Shown: positions 46,850 through 58,963 of the stretch, in pieces
Position numbering within the stretch: the first letter of the stretch is position 1
Layout: each line of letters opens with the position of its first letter
Assembly (NCBI GenBank): GCA_964016885.1
Contig: OZ024741.1
Location: 211,544,001 to 211,608,000 of the forward strand
Source: Eledone cirrhosa
Taxonomy: Eukaryota
Direction of reading: 5' to 3'
DNA: 64,000 nucleotides
The notes under the pieces: generated by a model
Databases searched by the model: none
What the model was told of the DNA's origin: nothing
The model's input: only the letters and a program-made list of their open reading frames with translations
Translations under genes and position numbers: made by a program

Positions 46850-49545
46850 ATATATATCTATCTAAGGCGGGTAAAATTCCCGAGATCCATGGACGAGTTC
46901 TCTCCAGCGGTCTCTGTCCCTCATTATCGCTGCCATGTCCTGCGTCTCCAACAGACCAGTGTCTGTCCTTAGGGCATCAACATATGTTAACCTTGGTCTT
47001 CCTCTTCCAGTGTGTCCATGTAGGGGCTCCCAAAGGAGCACTAAGTGCAATGTCAACTCTGGATGTCGGTGAGCATGTCCAGCCAACCTCAGTCTCCTCT
47101 GTGTCACTTTTGAGCTGACTTTTGGGAGGCTCCCATACAGCTCTGAGTTTTTCATCCTCAGTGTATACTGATTAATGTTCAGAGCCATCCTCAGCATTCT
47201 CGTGTAGCACCCATCCACCATCTGAGTGAGTCTCTTGGTCAGTGTCCAAGTCTCAGACCCATACAGCAGCACAGACTCCACTACAGCAATGAAGAGGCGG
47301 ATTTTCAGGTCTCTACGAAGGTCCGACTTCCACACCGATCTCAAGCTGTGGCACGCCGCCCAGGCCTTGCTCTTCCTCTCAACCACATCATCTTCCGTAT
47401 TCCCAATCTTTGCTCCCAAATACAGGAAGTCCTCAACCAATTCCAGCGGCTTCCCGCCTACATTAGTGATCCCCTCTGGCTTCTCAACATTCTCTACCAG
47501 ATATTTTGTTTTAGTCTCATTCATTCTCAGCCCCACACTCATCGACACAGTCTCAACCTCCCGCATCAAATCCTCTGCCTCCTTCACTGTATTTGTCACC
47601 AAAACTATGTCGTCGGCAAATTCAGCATCCGATACCTTTTTCGCCCCAACTCTCCTGCTCTGAGCCGGTGCTACAGTAAAGCCAGAGTCATGGTGTTTCT
47701 CCAGTGCATGGCGCATACAATAGTCCACTACGATGATAAAAAGGTAGGGAGCCAATGTATCTCCCTGGAGCACTCCAGCCAGTATCTCAAAGAACTCTGT
47801 CATCCCATCAGGTGTAATGACTTGGGCTTTGGTGTTGGTGTAGAGCAGTGATATCAGGTCCACTATCCTCTTAGGGATTCCATAAGCCTGTAAGATCTTC
47901 ATCAGGCAGTAACGGTCCACAGAATCAAAGGCCTTCCTAAAGTCAATGAAAACCATGACCGCAGGAAGGCACTTTGCTCTAGCTCCCTCTAATATCCTCC
48001 TCAGCATCAGGATGTGACTGGTGGTTGATCTACCCTCTCTGAAGCCGTTCTGGTTGTCCCTGAGCTTCTTCTCCATCTCAGGCTGGATCCTGTTAAGAAT
48101 CATCCTGTTGAGGGTCTTTGCCACAAGTGACGTCAGTGAGATCCCCCGGTAGTTGTTGGTGTTAGAGAGATCTCCCTTCTTTGGCACTGGGACGATGTTA
48201 CTGATCCTCCACTGATTCGGGGCAACTCCTTTCTCCAGTGCCCCGTTACAGAACCCCAGGATGATATCATCAAAATCACACCACTTCATCACCTCTGATG
48301 CCACTCCATCTTCTCCATGAGCCTTGCCCTCCTTGATCTTCTTCTTGGCTCTCTGAAGCTCCTCTCTGGTGAAGGGCTCTGTCTCAACACCCAGTTCCTC
48401 AAACAGCCGCCTGATCTCCCCAGTGCTCTGGGCTGTGGAGGGTGGCTCTCCTAGTAGGGTCCTAAAATGGTCTAGCCATTTCCTCTTCCTATCCTCGGGC
48501 CCCGTTCCCTGGATCTGCCTCGAACACCTTTTCTTCCTCCCTGTGATCTCGTTGATGATCATCCAGCTCTCCTTACATCCAGATCTGTCAACCGCTCTCT
48601 CCACACTTCTGATCTTCTCTATCAGTGCCTCCTCTCTGACCTCAGTGTAAGCTGTACAGAGCTCTTCACTCATCACCTCCACAGTCTCCATCCTCTCCTC
48701 CGTAGGATCAGCATAGAATTGGTCCCTGGCAGCTTTCAGGTGTTCTCTGGCTGCACACACTTTTGGGTCTGCAGAGCTGACGTGCTTCCCTTTGTTCTTT
48801 TTCCTCGGCACCAGGGTTTCACTTGCTTTCGCCACTGCATTGGTGAAGTGCCCGTACCTCCTCGTCACACTCTCCTCAGTCCATCCAATCTCTCTCTCCT
48901 CTGACTCTCCACACAGAGCACTAAACCTGTTTCTCACTTCCACTGTGAACCTCTCCTGTAGCTTATCATCTTCCTTGAAAGCTCCCCAGTCATAGATTGT
49001 TCTCCGGGGCTGAGCCTTGCTCTTTCTTAAGCTCACGCGGACCTCACTCATAACAAGCCGGTGGTCACTACCCAGTGTACTGAAATAGCTGTATGGTTCC
49101 GTGTTCAGAACACTATTCCGCCACTTTTCCCTCACCAGAATGAAATCAATCTTGGACTTGGACAGGTGCATATCTGAGATGTAGGTCCACATCTTCCCCA
49201 GATTCTTCCTAAACCTTAGGTTGGTCGCCATCAAGTTCGCCTCCAGCAGGGTGTCTCTCAGTAGTCTTCCATTTCGGTTGGTGTTGTTATGGAAGTACCA
49301 GCAAGGATCTTCACTGCCCTCCTTACTCAGATGTGCATTGAAGTCCCCCAAAACAAGCAGGATATTGTGTGCCTGAGTGGTGTTGACAGCTCTACACACT
49401 TCCTCATGGAACTCCTCGGCAAGCACATCACTGTCCCCCTCGGTTGGACTATAGGCTGAGATGACTGTCAGTCTTGGGTTTCCATTGAAGGTCACCCTCA
49501 ACACTCGTGGGGAGATAGGCATTATTTCCCTCACCAACAGATTGT
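46850..49545 (-). mobile_element. RTE-like LINE, slightly 5'-truncated; open APE + RT ORF at 46862-49537
   Basis: VLGDFNAH, IDFILV, SDHRLV (APE); QGDTLAPYLF, FADD (RT); GRGRPRLTY C-terminus; stop codon runs directly into a short TAGA/TA tail. Confidence 0.92.
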
Positions 49546-49556
49546 TTTTTTATATA

Positions 49557-49690
<134 letters not shown>

Positions 49691-50012
49691 TATATACACA
49701 CACACACACACGCACACACAGATATATGTAGATATATATATGTATATATATGTATATATATATATATAAAGAGAGAGAGAGAAGTGGAAAGAGATTTACA
49801 TATTTATGTACACACTGTGTATATACATTAACAAATATATGTACCTATAGATACATAGTCCTATATATATATTGATTATACATACACACACACACACATA
49901 TATATATATATGTATGTATATATATGTATATATATATATGTGTATATATAAATATATGTATATATATATATCTAAATATATATATAAATATATATCTAAA
50001 TATATATATATA

Positions 50013-50385
50013 TGTTAGCTTAAGAGAAACTTAATGACAAGGAATGGTATGCCATCCGGAACCTGTTTATAGAATTCTGTCTGCCCTTGTTACTCTAAAA
50101 ACATAAATAAATAAAAATAAACTATAGATTTGTAGAATTAGCTTTTAATGAATTCCCTTTTCTATCAACCAATGACCTGCACCCATCCCACTCCCCACCC
50201 TCTCCTACCACTTGTAGTGACCTATAAATACCATTTTTATTTTTTGATACCCAGATTCCTGATGATTTCTAATGAATGAAACAGTTCTAGTCCTGTACAA
50301 TCTCATCTATATTAAAACTTTTATACTCTGCTATGTATTGAGTACCTTACTTACTGTGGTTACCTCCGATTCAACCCGGAATAAC

Positions 50386-50387
<2 letters not shown>
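50013..50387 (+). mobile_element. Solo PLE pseudo-LTR (family A) with CCAAT, TATA and hammerhead at 50253-50303
   Basis: CCAAT 50169, TATAAATA 50223, agattc CTGATGA..GAAA cag..ctg TA caatct; (TA)n flanks. Confidence 0.8.
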
Positions 50388-50470
<83 letters not shown>

Positions 50471-50493
50471 TATATATAAATATATATATATAA

Positions 50494-50526
<33 letters not shown>

Positions 50527-50531
50527 AATAT

Positions 50532-51409
50532 ATAGATAATTTAATATATCAACTAACATAAGCGCACAGATGCACGCCCATGCCAGCAAATACACAGGTT
50601 ATGTCATAGTACCTAGGTGGTTCAATGCAGGAGAATGCAGAACAATAATATAAAGGACGTAAAATAAGAAAATATCTTTTTATTATTATTATTTTTATAT
50701 GAGCCGCCAGTGTCCGCGCATTGCCTGGAGACTTAACTGAGAATAGACTCCCTGATGACGCAATGAATTCTCGACAGTTGGATTACGTAACTGTCTTTAT
50801 CCCATTGCAGAAACTAATTAGTTGGAGTGAAAATTTAAGTAAAAAAAAAAAAAAAAAAAATTTTTTTAAATTTTTTTAAAAAGATATTTTCTTATTTTAC
50901 GTCCTTTATATTATTGTTCTGCATTCTCCTGCATTGAACCACCTAGGTACTATGACATAACCTGTGTATTTGCTGGCATGGGCGTGCATCTGTGCGCTTA
51001 TGTTAGTTGATATATTAAATTATCTATATTTATCTCCAAATCACTGATTTGTCGAGCAAACTTGTCAAAACCACTTCTAAAAAAATTTTTTTGGGGGTGT
51101 TAGTAGGCGTCAGTCATCTTACCATCCCATTCCTTCTAACTAGCCTCTGTGTCACGTGATTGATTCTTTAGAATCGGCCATTTGACTTGAAGCAGTGAGA
51201 ATTTCGGTACATAGAATCCAGTCCTCGCAAGCTGTTCGATCTACCGAATTATTATTATTTTTATATGAGCCGCCAGTGTCCGCGCATTGCCTGGAGACTT
51301 AACTGAGAATAGACTCCCTGATGACGCAATGAATTCTCGACAGTTGGATTACGTAACTGTCTTTATCCCATTGCAGAAACTAATTAGTTGGAGTGAAAAT
51401 TTAAGTAAG

Positions 51410-51442
<33 letters not shown>

Positions 51443-51486
51443 TTAATTTTTTTAAAAAGATATTTTCTTATTTTACGTCCTTTATA
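50532..51486 (+). mobile_element. Non-autonomous element: inverted piece plus about 1.4 tandem units of 566 bp; hammerheads (family J) at 50747-50828 and 51313-51394
   Basis: actcc CTGATGA c-gcaatg..gacagtt..aactgtc..cattgc-a GAAA ctaattag TT ggagt, twice; 50532-50678 is the reverse complement of about 50880-51028. Confidence 0.82.
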
Positions 51487-51526
51487 TATATAAATATATA
51501 TATATATAAATATATATATAAATATG

Positions 51527-51562
<36 letters not shown>

Positions 51563-51667
51563 AATATATATATAATATATAAATATATATATATATATAA
51601 ATATATATATATAAATATATATATAAATATATATATACATATATATAAATATATATATATAAATATG

Positions 51668-51705
<38 letters not shown>

Positions 51706-51777
51706 AATATATATATATATAATATATAAATATATATATATATATAAATATATATATAAATATATATATATATATAT

Positions 51778-52415
51778 TTTTTTATTTTATTTTATAGAAG
51801 GAGCTTCTACAGGACTTGTACTGTTTCATTCAGATGAAATCTTCAGGAAGCTGGGTGTCATATTAAGTTCTGGTATTTATACATTTAGGTAGTGGCAAGG
51901 GAGGGGTGGTGGATGGGGGGGGGGGTATTTAGGTACACAGGACCACTTCATGGCACAGGCCGTTTTTTCTATGGGGAGTGGTCAATTAGCCAGAGTGCTT
52001 TTTTGAAATAAATAAATAAATAAGTAAATGAATAAATGAATAAATAAATAGATAAATGAATAAATAAATAAAATAAATAAAGAAATAAATAAAAAATAAA
52101 TAAATAAAAACCCCAAGAATAGTAATTCAACAGATATATAGTAGGGAAATTTTTTAGGTGGGTTGGTAATAGAATTTAAACATTTAACAAGACCGAATCA
52201 TGGCACAGACTGGGGTGAGTGGTCAAGTTAACATACAAGCCACAGGTGGCCAGAGTGTTTTAGTAGGATGGAAAGAATTAAATATATTTACATACTCACA
52301 ACCACATACTAAAACACTTACACACATACATACATATATACTTACATATATATACACACACACATACATATGTGTGTGTGTGTGCGCACCTACACATTCA
52401 CACACACATACACAT

Positions 52416-52470
<55 letters not shown>

Positions 52471-52706
52471 TGTGTGCGCATACACATACACACACACACA
52501 CATACATACACATATATACATATATACACATATATACATATATGCACAGGAAAAACACAAACACACAAATATACACACACGCATACACATACACACACAT
52601 ATATATATATATATACATATATCTACACATACACACGCGCGCATACACATACATATATACATATACATATATATATATATACATATATATGCATACATAC
52701 ACACAC

Positions 52707-52738
<32 letters not shown>

Positions 52739-52910
52739 ACACCTACAAGTACGTATGTCTCTCTCGTGTAAACTATACTATACATACACATACATACATT
52801 TGCACACACATACATACACATACATACACACGCACACACAAACACATACATTCACACATATATATACATATATACACATACACACACACATACATATATA
52901 ATCTCATATA

Positions 52911-52952
<42 letters not shown>

Positions 52953-53031
52953 CATACCCATACACACACATATACACATATATATATATATGCATATATA
53001 TATATATACATACATATACATATATACATAC

Positions 53032-53062
<31 letters not shown>

Positions 53063-53420
53063 CGCACATACATACACACGCATACATACAAATAAGTACA
53101 CAAACGCATATGCACAAACACGCACTCGTTCGCACTCATACATGTGTCTATAATATAAAGGTAGTGGGACAAATTTTAAATTTTAAATTTTAAACTGGGC
53201 CTGATAGAGGATTAAAATAATTAATGTCACTATTAAGTTATTAATAGTATCATCAAGTAATTAATTACTATTTATTATTTATTACTTACTATTTACCATT
53301 CACTATTCGTTACCTATCTTTTATCCCTTATCTAATACCTAATCATTAACTCATAAATTAATAAATAAATGAAAGAGTTAACAAACAAACGAACAAACAA
53401 ACAAGCAGATAAACGAATAA
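51778..53420 (-). mobile_element. Inverted copy of the PLE 5 3' UTR/pseudo-LTR, with hammerhead at 51802-51852 (-)
   Basis: Reverse complement of about 61432-63142, including its microsatellite pattern. Confidence 0.88.
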
Positions 53421-53422
53421 AG

Positions 53423-53441
53423 TGGTGACCCCCGACGTGAT
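53423..53441 (+). promoter_or_regulatory. Primer binding site complementary to the tRNA-Trp 3' end
   Basis: tggtgacccccgacgtgat vs expected TGGTGACCCCGACGTGAT (one extra C). Confidence 0.85.
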
Positions 53442-53807
53442 ATTATTTTTTTTTTTCAATGGGAAATGGTATACGGTGTATCTGATATGATATAAGACAC
53501 AAACAAAAAAAAAAAAAAGAGAGAAAAATATAACACCTACAATTATTGACACGCAGACAAACCACAATTTTATAAATGTTTTCACCATTCTCTTTTCTCT
53601 CCTTTTTCTGCCTTTCGCTTCTCTCGCAAAAAAAATTTTAGGTCCCCCGAAATTAACGTAGATAACAGCATTCAAGTAATCGCTTGTTCGCACACTGTCC
53701 CGGATGCATTAGTTTTCCGGTTCAGTGCTCTGACGAAAGATTTTAGTTTCCATTTACTGTTACCTTAGAGACATTTTTCCCAAACGGTAGATCACTACGG
53801 CATACCA

Positions 53808-54603
53808 ATGGCTTCCCACTCTGTTCTGCCAACGTACACGGGCGACGTAAGGTTGTGGTTCTCGCAATTAGAAGCTTTCTTCAGGGCGAACAGAGTCGAC
53901 GAGAAACTACAGCATTCTGTGGTCCTCAGTGCAATTCCGCCGGCAATTCTCCCAGCGGTCAAGGACCACGTGTTGGAGGCAACGACAGGGTCGTCGTACG
54001 CGTCTCTGAAGGCTGAAATACTCAGCCGGACAGAACAGTCGTCAGAGAAGAGATTTAGGGCTCTGGTCCACCTGGAGCACATAGAGGATGGCACACCATC
54101 GAACCTCCTTAGGCGGATGAAGGACCTAACGGAGGGGGTCTGCAGCGGAAACTGCCCTGCTGAAGCAGTTGTTCTTTTCGCGCCTGCCGACGAACGTACA
54201 GGCAATTTTGGCCCCCATGAGGGATTCGAGCTCGGTTGAGCAGCTTGCCTCATCGGCGGACAAGATATTCGAGGTGACGAATGCCGGAGACAGCGACCCC
54301 CTCGCCGCTGTTCAACACCCAGCTCGGGCCACACACGGCCATGCGATCTACGCGGCAGCACCAACAGATAGCTTGGCTATCATTGCGATGCAAAGGTCCA
54401 TTCAGGAGCTCACCATGGAGCTCCACAAGATGAAGGCCTTGTGTGGTGGTTGTTCGCGCTCCCGCAGTCGCGGGAGATCGCAAAGTTTCAGACGGCGGTC
54501 CAAATCACCTGGTTCAGCCTTATGCTGGTACCACGAGCGATTCGCGGAGAACGCGAAGCACTGCGTGCAACCTTGCTCCTATCATAAGGCGGGAAACGCT
54601 TAA
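53808..54603 (+). pseudogene. gag: Gypsy gag, frameshifted near 54170
   Basis: LWFSQLEAFF, PSNLLRRM, FFSRLPTNVQAIL, CWYHERFAENAKHCVQPC. Confidence 0.85.
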
Positions 54604-54632
54604 GAGGTCCTCTGATGGGGACAGATGGCCTC
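54591..54632 (+). promoter_or_regulatory. -1 programmed ribosomal frameshift signal
   Basis: G GGA AAC slippery heptamer in gag frame, 6-nt spacer, hairpin gaggtc-c-tctg/caga-t-ggcctc; pol lies in the -1 frame. Confidence 0.8.
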
Positions 54633-57600
54633 AACATAAAGCCACCAAACCGCCATTTCTTCATTAAGGACCTAATATCCGGAAGAGGTTTCCTCGTGGA
54701 TACAGGAGCCTCCTGTAGTATCTGGCCGGTCCATTGCCTGAAAGATACCCCCATAGAGTCATCTGTCACGCTGCAGGCAGTTAACCACTCGTCTATAAAG
54801 ACGTACGGGCAAATCTCGCTCCCTCTTAAATTCCTAAATCTTCGAAGGGATTTTAAGTGGATTTTTACGGTTGCCGATTTGCCATATCCCATCTTAGGAG
54901 CGGATTTCCTCCACAACTTCTCTTTAACTGTGGACGTCCGTGGCCAACGCCTGGTGGATAACATCACCGGCTTTTCAATTCATGGCCAGGAAGCCAAGGC
55001 CCCAATAGTCAGCCCCGTGTTCTTTATCGCTGCCGCTGGTGACGCTTACCATGCGTTACTGGGTTCTTTCCCGGAGCTCACGGATGGAAATTTTCGAGTC
55101 ACTGACCCAACACACTCGACCGAACATTTTGTTTCCACCACCGGTGCCCCAGTGTTTTCGCGCCCACGCCGCTTACCGACGGAAAAATTAAAGGCAGCAT
55201 GGTCCGAGTTCGACCATATGCTGCAGCTGGGCATTATTCGCCCATCTACGAGTCCTTGGGCTTCACCGTTACACATGGTGCCCAAGACTTTCGGCGACTG
55301 GAGACCCACGGGGGATTATAGGAGGTTAAATGCCATGATCGTCCCGGATAGGTATCCCATTCCCCATCTCCACGATTTTGCATCTTCACTGCAGGGGTGT
55401 AAGATTTTTTCTAAGTTAGATTTAGTGCGAGCCTACCACCAAATTCCGGTCAGGAAGGAGGATATTCCGAAAACTGCAATTACAACCCCTTTCGGATCAT
55501 TCGAATTTTTGACCATGCCTTTCGGACTCAGGAACGCCGCTAGCACTTTTCAGCGGTTCATAGACGAGGTCACGCGTGGTCTGGACTTCGTCTATGCTTA
55601 CATAGACGATATTCTCGTCGCTAGTTCCTCTCCGGAAGAGCATATGCGCCACATGCTTCTCTTACTTCGGCGACTTCAGGATTACCGCGTTCGCGTGAAT
55701 CCTGCAAAGTGTGTTTTCGGTTCCACTTCCCTACATTTTTTAGGCCACCTCATCGACGCCGAAGGTATTAGGCCACTCCCTGAGCGAGTTCAAGCCATAC
55801 AGGAGTTACCGCCGCCTACTACACTTCACCAGTTGCGTCACTTCTTAGGCCTAATCAATTTCTATAGGCGTTTCATTCCTCATTGTGCTAATTGGCTATC
55901 TTCCCTTACTGACATTTTTAAAAAACGTCGTAAGAAGAATGAAGACATTTCCTTGACACAAGGACAGCTTCAGGACTTCCAGTCTGCCAAGACAGCCCTC
56001 GCTAGTTCTTCTTTGCTAGCCCACCCGGTACCAGAGGCCAAGCTTTCGCTTTGTGTTGATGCATCTGATACCGCGGTGGGAGCAGTTTTACAGCAGTCTT
56101 ACGCTGAAAGCCAACAACCTTTGGCATTTTTCTCGAGGAAGTTGAAACCAGCAGAAACGCGTTATAGCACGTTTGGGCGGGAATTATTAGCCATATATCT
56201 GTCGGTGAAACATTTCTCTCATATCCTTGAGGGGAGAAATTTTACGGTTTTTACCGACCACAAACCGTTGACCTTCGCTTTGAGGGCCAAAGCCGACAGA
56301 TATTCGCCCAGAGAGACAAGGTACCTGGACTACGTTTCACAATTTACAAACGATATCCAGCACATTGCCGGCTCGCACAACATAGTTGCAGACGCATTAT
56401 CTCGTTTGCCAATTAGCTCCATCTCGTCATCCCAGGACATCGATTTAGGTCGTTTAGCAGCAGACCAACCTGCACTCCAATCGTTGGACACTCTTTCTAC
56501 CGAATTTGCGACTTGCATTTTCAAATATCTGCCCTTGTCCACCACCGACAGGCAGATCCTTTGTGATGTATCCACTGATGCACCACGACCACTTGTTCCT
56601 GAGACTCACCGTCGAATTGTGTTTCTGGCTCTGCACAACATTTCTCATCCAGGATCGGCTGCCACAGTTAAACTCATAACAGCCAGATTCTTCTGGCCTA
56701 ATATGAGGCGCGACATTGCTGTTTTTTGCCGTTCCTGTATCGCTTGCCAGAAATCGAAGATCCATAGACCCATCCGGACTCCACTGGGTACTTTCACCAC
56801 TCCAGATGCCCGGTTCCAACACATCCACATTGACATCGTTGGACCTTGGCCATTCAGCAGTGGATATTCCTACATATTGACGTGTGTCGATCGTTTTTCG
56901 CGATGGCCTGAAGCCATCCCTTTACAAGACATGACTGCTGAGACTGTAGCACGTGCCCTGGTATCAGGGTGGATTACCCGCTTTGGGTTACCAACTACAC
57001 TCACCACAGACCGCGGTAGACAATTCGAGTCCCATCTCTTCTCTGAGCTCACCAAAATAATTGGAGCTCAACGGATTCGGACTACGGCCTATCATCCTGC
57101 TTCAAATGGAATGGTGGAACGATTCCACCGCCAATTAAAGGCCGCTCTTCGCGCCTATCCAGACTCTCAACGTTGGAGCGAGTACCTTCCTATTGTGTTA
57201 TTAGGAATTCGGTCATCAATAAAGGAGGACCTTGGGTTCTCCCCGGCCGAATTAATTTACGGTGCTCCTCTAGCGTTGCCTGGGCAAATGCTTGCCCCTG
57301 TTGATCTTGCTTTCCAAGATCCGCTTTCCTACGTATCCCGTCTGCGTTCTTATTTACAGGACCTGCCGCCGATGGATACGAGGAAGCAAACTGTAAAACA
57401 TGCGGTCCCGAGGGACATTGCCTCGTGGACCCATGTGTTCGTAAGGAACGATGCTGTGAGACCACCCCTCACACAACCATACTCTGGACCCTACCGTGTG
57501 TTAGCATGCACTGACAAACATTTCACTGTAGACGTTAAGGGGTCCAGAGAGACAATTTCGGTGGATAGACTGAAAAGGGCACACAATGACGCTCATACAC

Positions 57601-57720
57601 CCGAGCCACAAGCATACACCTGCTCCTTCTGCCCCACCATCACCTACATACAATACTACGACCCGTTCCGGTCGGAGAGTCCACTGGCCCAAAAAGTTCT
57701 GCCAAACTATTTTTATATGA
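54615..57720 (+). CDS. pol: Gypsy pol (protease, RT, RNase H, integrase); the true C-terminus [10 protein letters not shown] is frameshifted near 57640
   Basis: LVDTGAS, YIDD, DAS..GAVL, RELLAI, TDHKPL, HHCC, TDRGRQF, GMVER, GPY. Confidence 0.93.
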
Positions 57721-57734
57721 ACTGGCCATTGGAG

Positions 57735-57771
<37 letters not shown>

Positions 57772-58963
57772 TTGCTGTTCTTATTTATTTGATTTATTGT
57801 ATTGCAATGTACCTCTCATGACCATTTCACTGGATGTATATATATGTTTTTCGTTTCCTTTGCAACGAACATTTTAAGCTATATTCTTCTATTTGCCGGT
57901 TTATAAGTTTGCAATGTAAATTTACCGTTGATAACCGCGCATTTAGTAAGAATGCTTATTTCTCTGGTCGCTGGCCTCTGGACCCTTCCAGGTCAACGCA
58001 TTCTCAACATCGACCATCAACTTCGGCTGCTATTTCTAGCACTGGGCGCAACTCATTTTTTCTGAAAAAGTTTTTGTTTACTGTGAATTTAAACACCGAA
58101 TACGCTCACTCAGCAGCAACACCAACAGCAATATAACAGCAACAGCAGCAGCAACAGCAATATAACAGCAACATCAATACAGCAGCAACAGCAATACAGC
58201 AGCAGCAGCAACAGCAACAGCAATACATCAACTCAGCTTCACCAACAACCAAAGCCAGAGAATTTATTTTTGCAGCACTCTTCCTGTGAGAAAATCCATT
58301 CGGATGTTGGAAATTTCACGATATACCACAGAACAGAAACCACCTGCATTCATTCTCTGGAACACACTTTCTTTCCTGCCGTCATGTGATTGCACACCTG
58401 TGAACTATATTTTATACATTTGAACTTTTGACCTCTTTTCTTACTTCCATTACTCTGTACCATACTTTTCATGCCTCTTACATGCTCGCCATCTTACTCC
58501 ATGCCTGCTTCTTTCGATTTTTTATGTTTTAAAAATCTGGCGGGGGATACTGTAGTAAGAGTTGCCTCCCCTGCCACGACAATCGAATCGCTGTTCTCTA
58601 GACAGGAAGTAGGTGGAGTTGCTTCCCTTTGGGATTGACCAAACTCCCTAGTGGTCACTTCCGGTCAACAGAGATAAAAGGAGCGATTAACCGCGAAATC
58701 TCTCTCTCGCCTCCTGATTCCTGAAGTGGTAACATCTTTGACCATAGCTGGTGATTCTTGCTGGACGACCCTTTCGTTACCAAGCACCATGCAGCTCACC
58801 AGCCTGAGATGAGAGCGCCAAGACATTTCTACCAACTTCAGAATGGTATTATTGCCATCGGGTAACAACCCTTTACGTTATACACCTTTGACTTCTATGA
58901 AGTAAAACTTTATCACACACACACACCAGTACTCTTTGTCTTTTATATTATGTTGCATGTGCA

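Larger units (their letters stand above)
53423..58957 (+). mobile_element. Ty3/Gypsy LTR retrotransposon lacking its 5' LTR
   Basis: PBS, gag, pol, PPT-like ggcggggga at about 58539, putative 3' LTR 58551 (TGTAG) to about 58957 (TGCA). Confidence 0.9.

Noticed and set aside
52200-53193. YI/HT/CV-repeat ORFs here and throughout the window
   Set aside because: Translations of (TA)n/(CA)n microsatellites
57720-57821. Hydrophobic C-terminal extension of pol, possibly env-like
   Set aside because: Results from a frameshift before the [10 protein letters not shown] end and read-through of a TA tract
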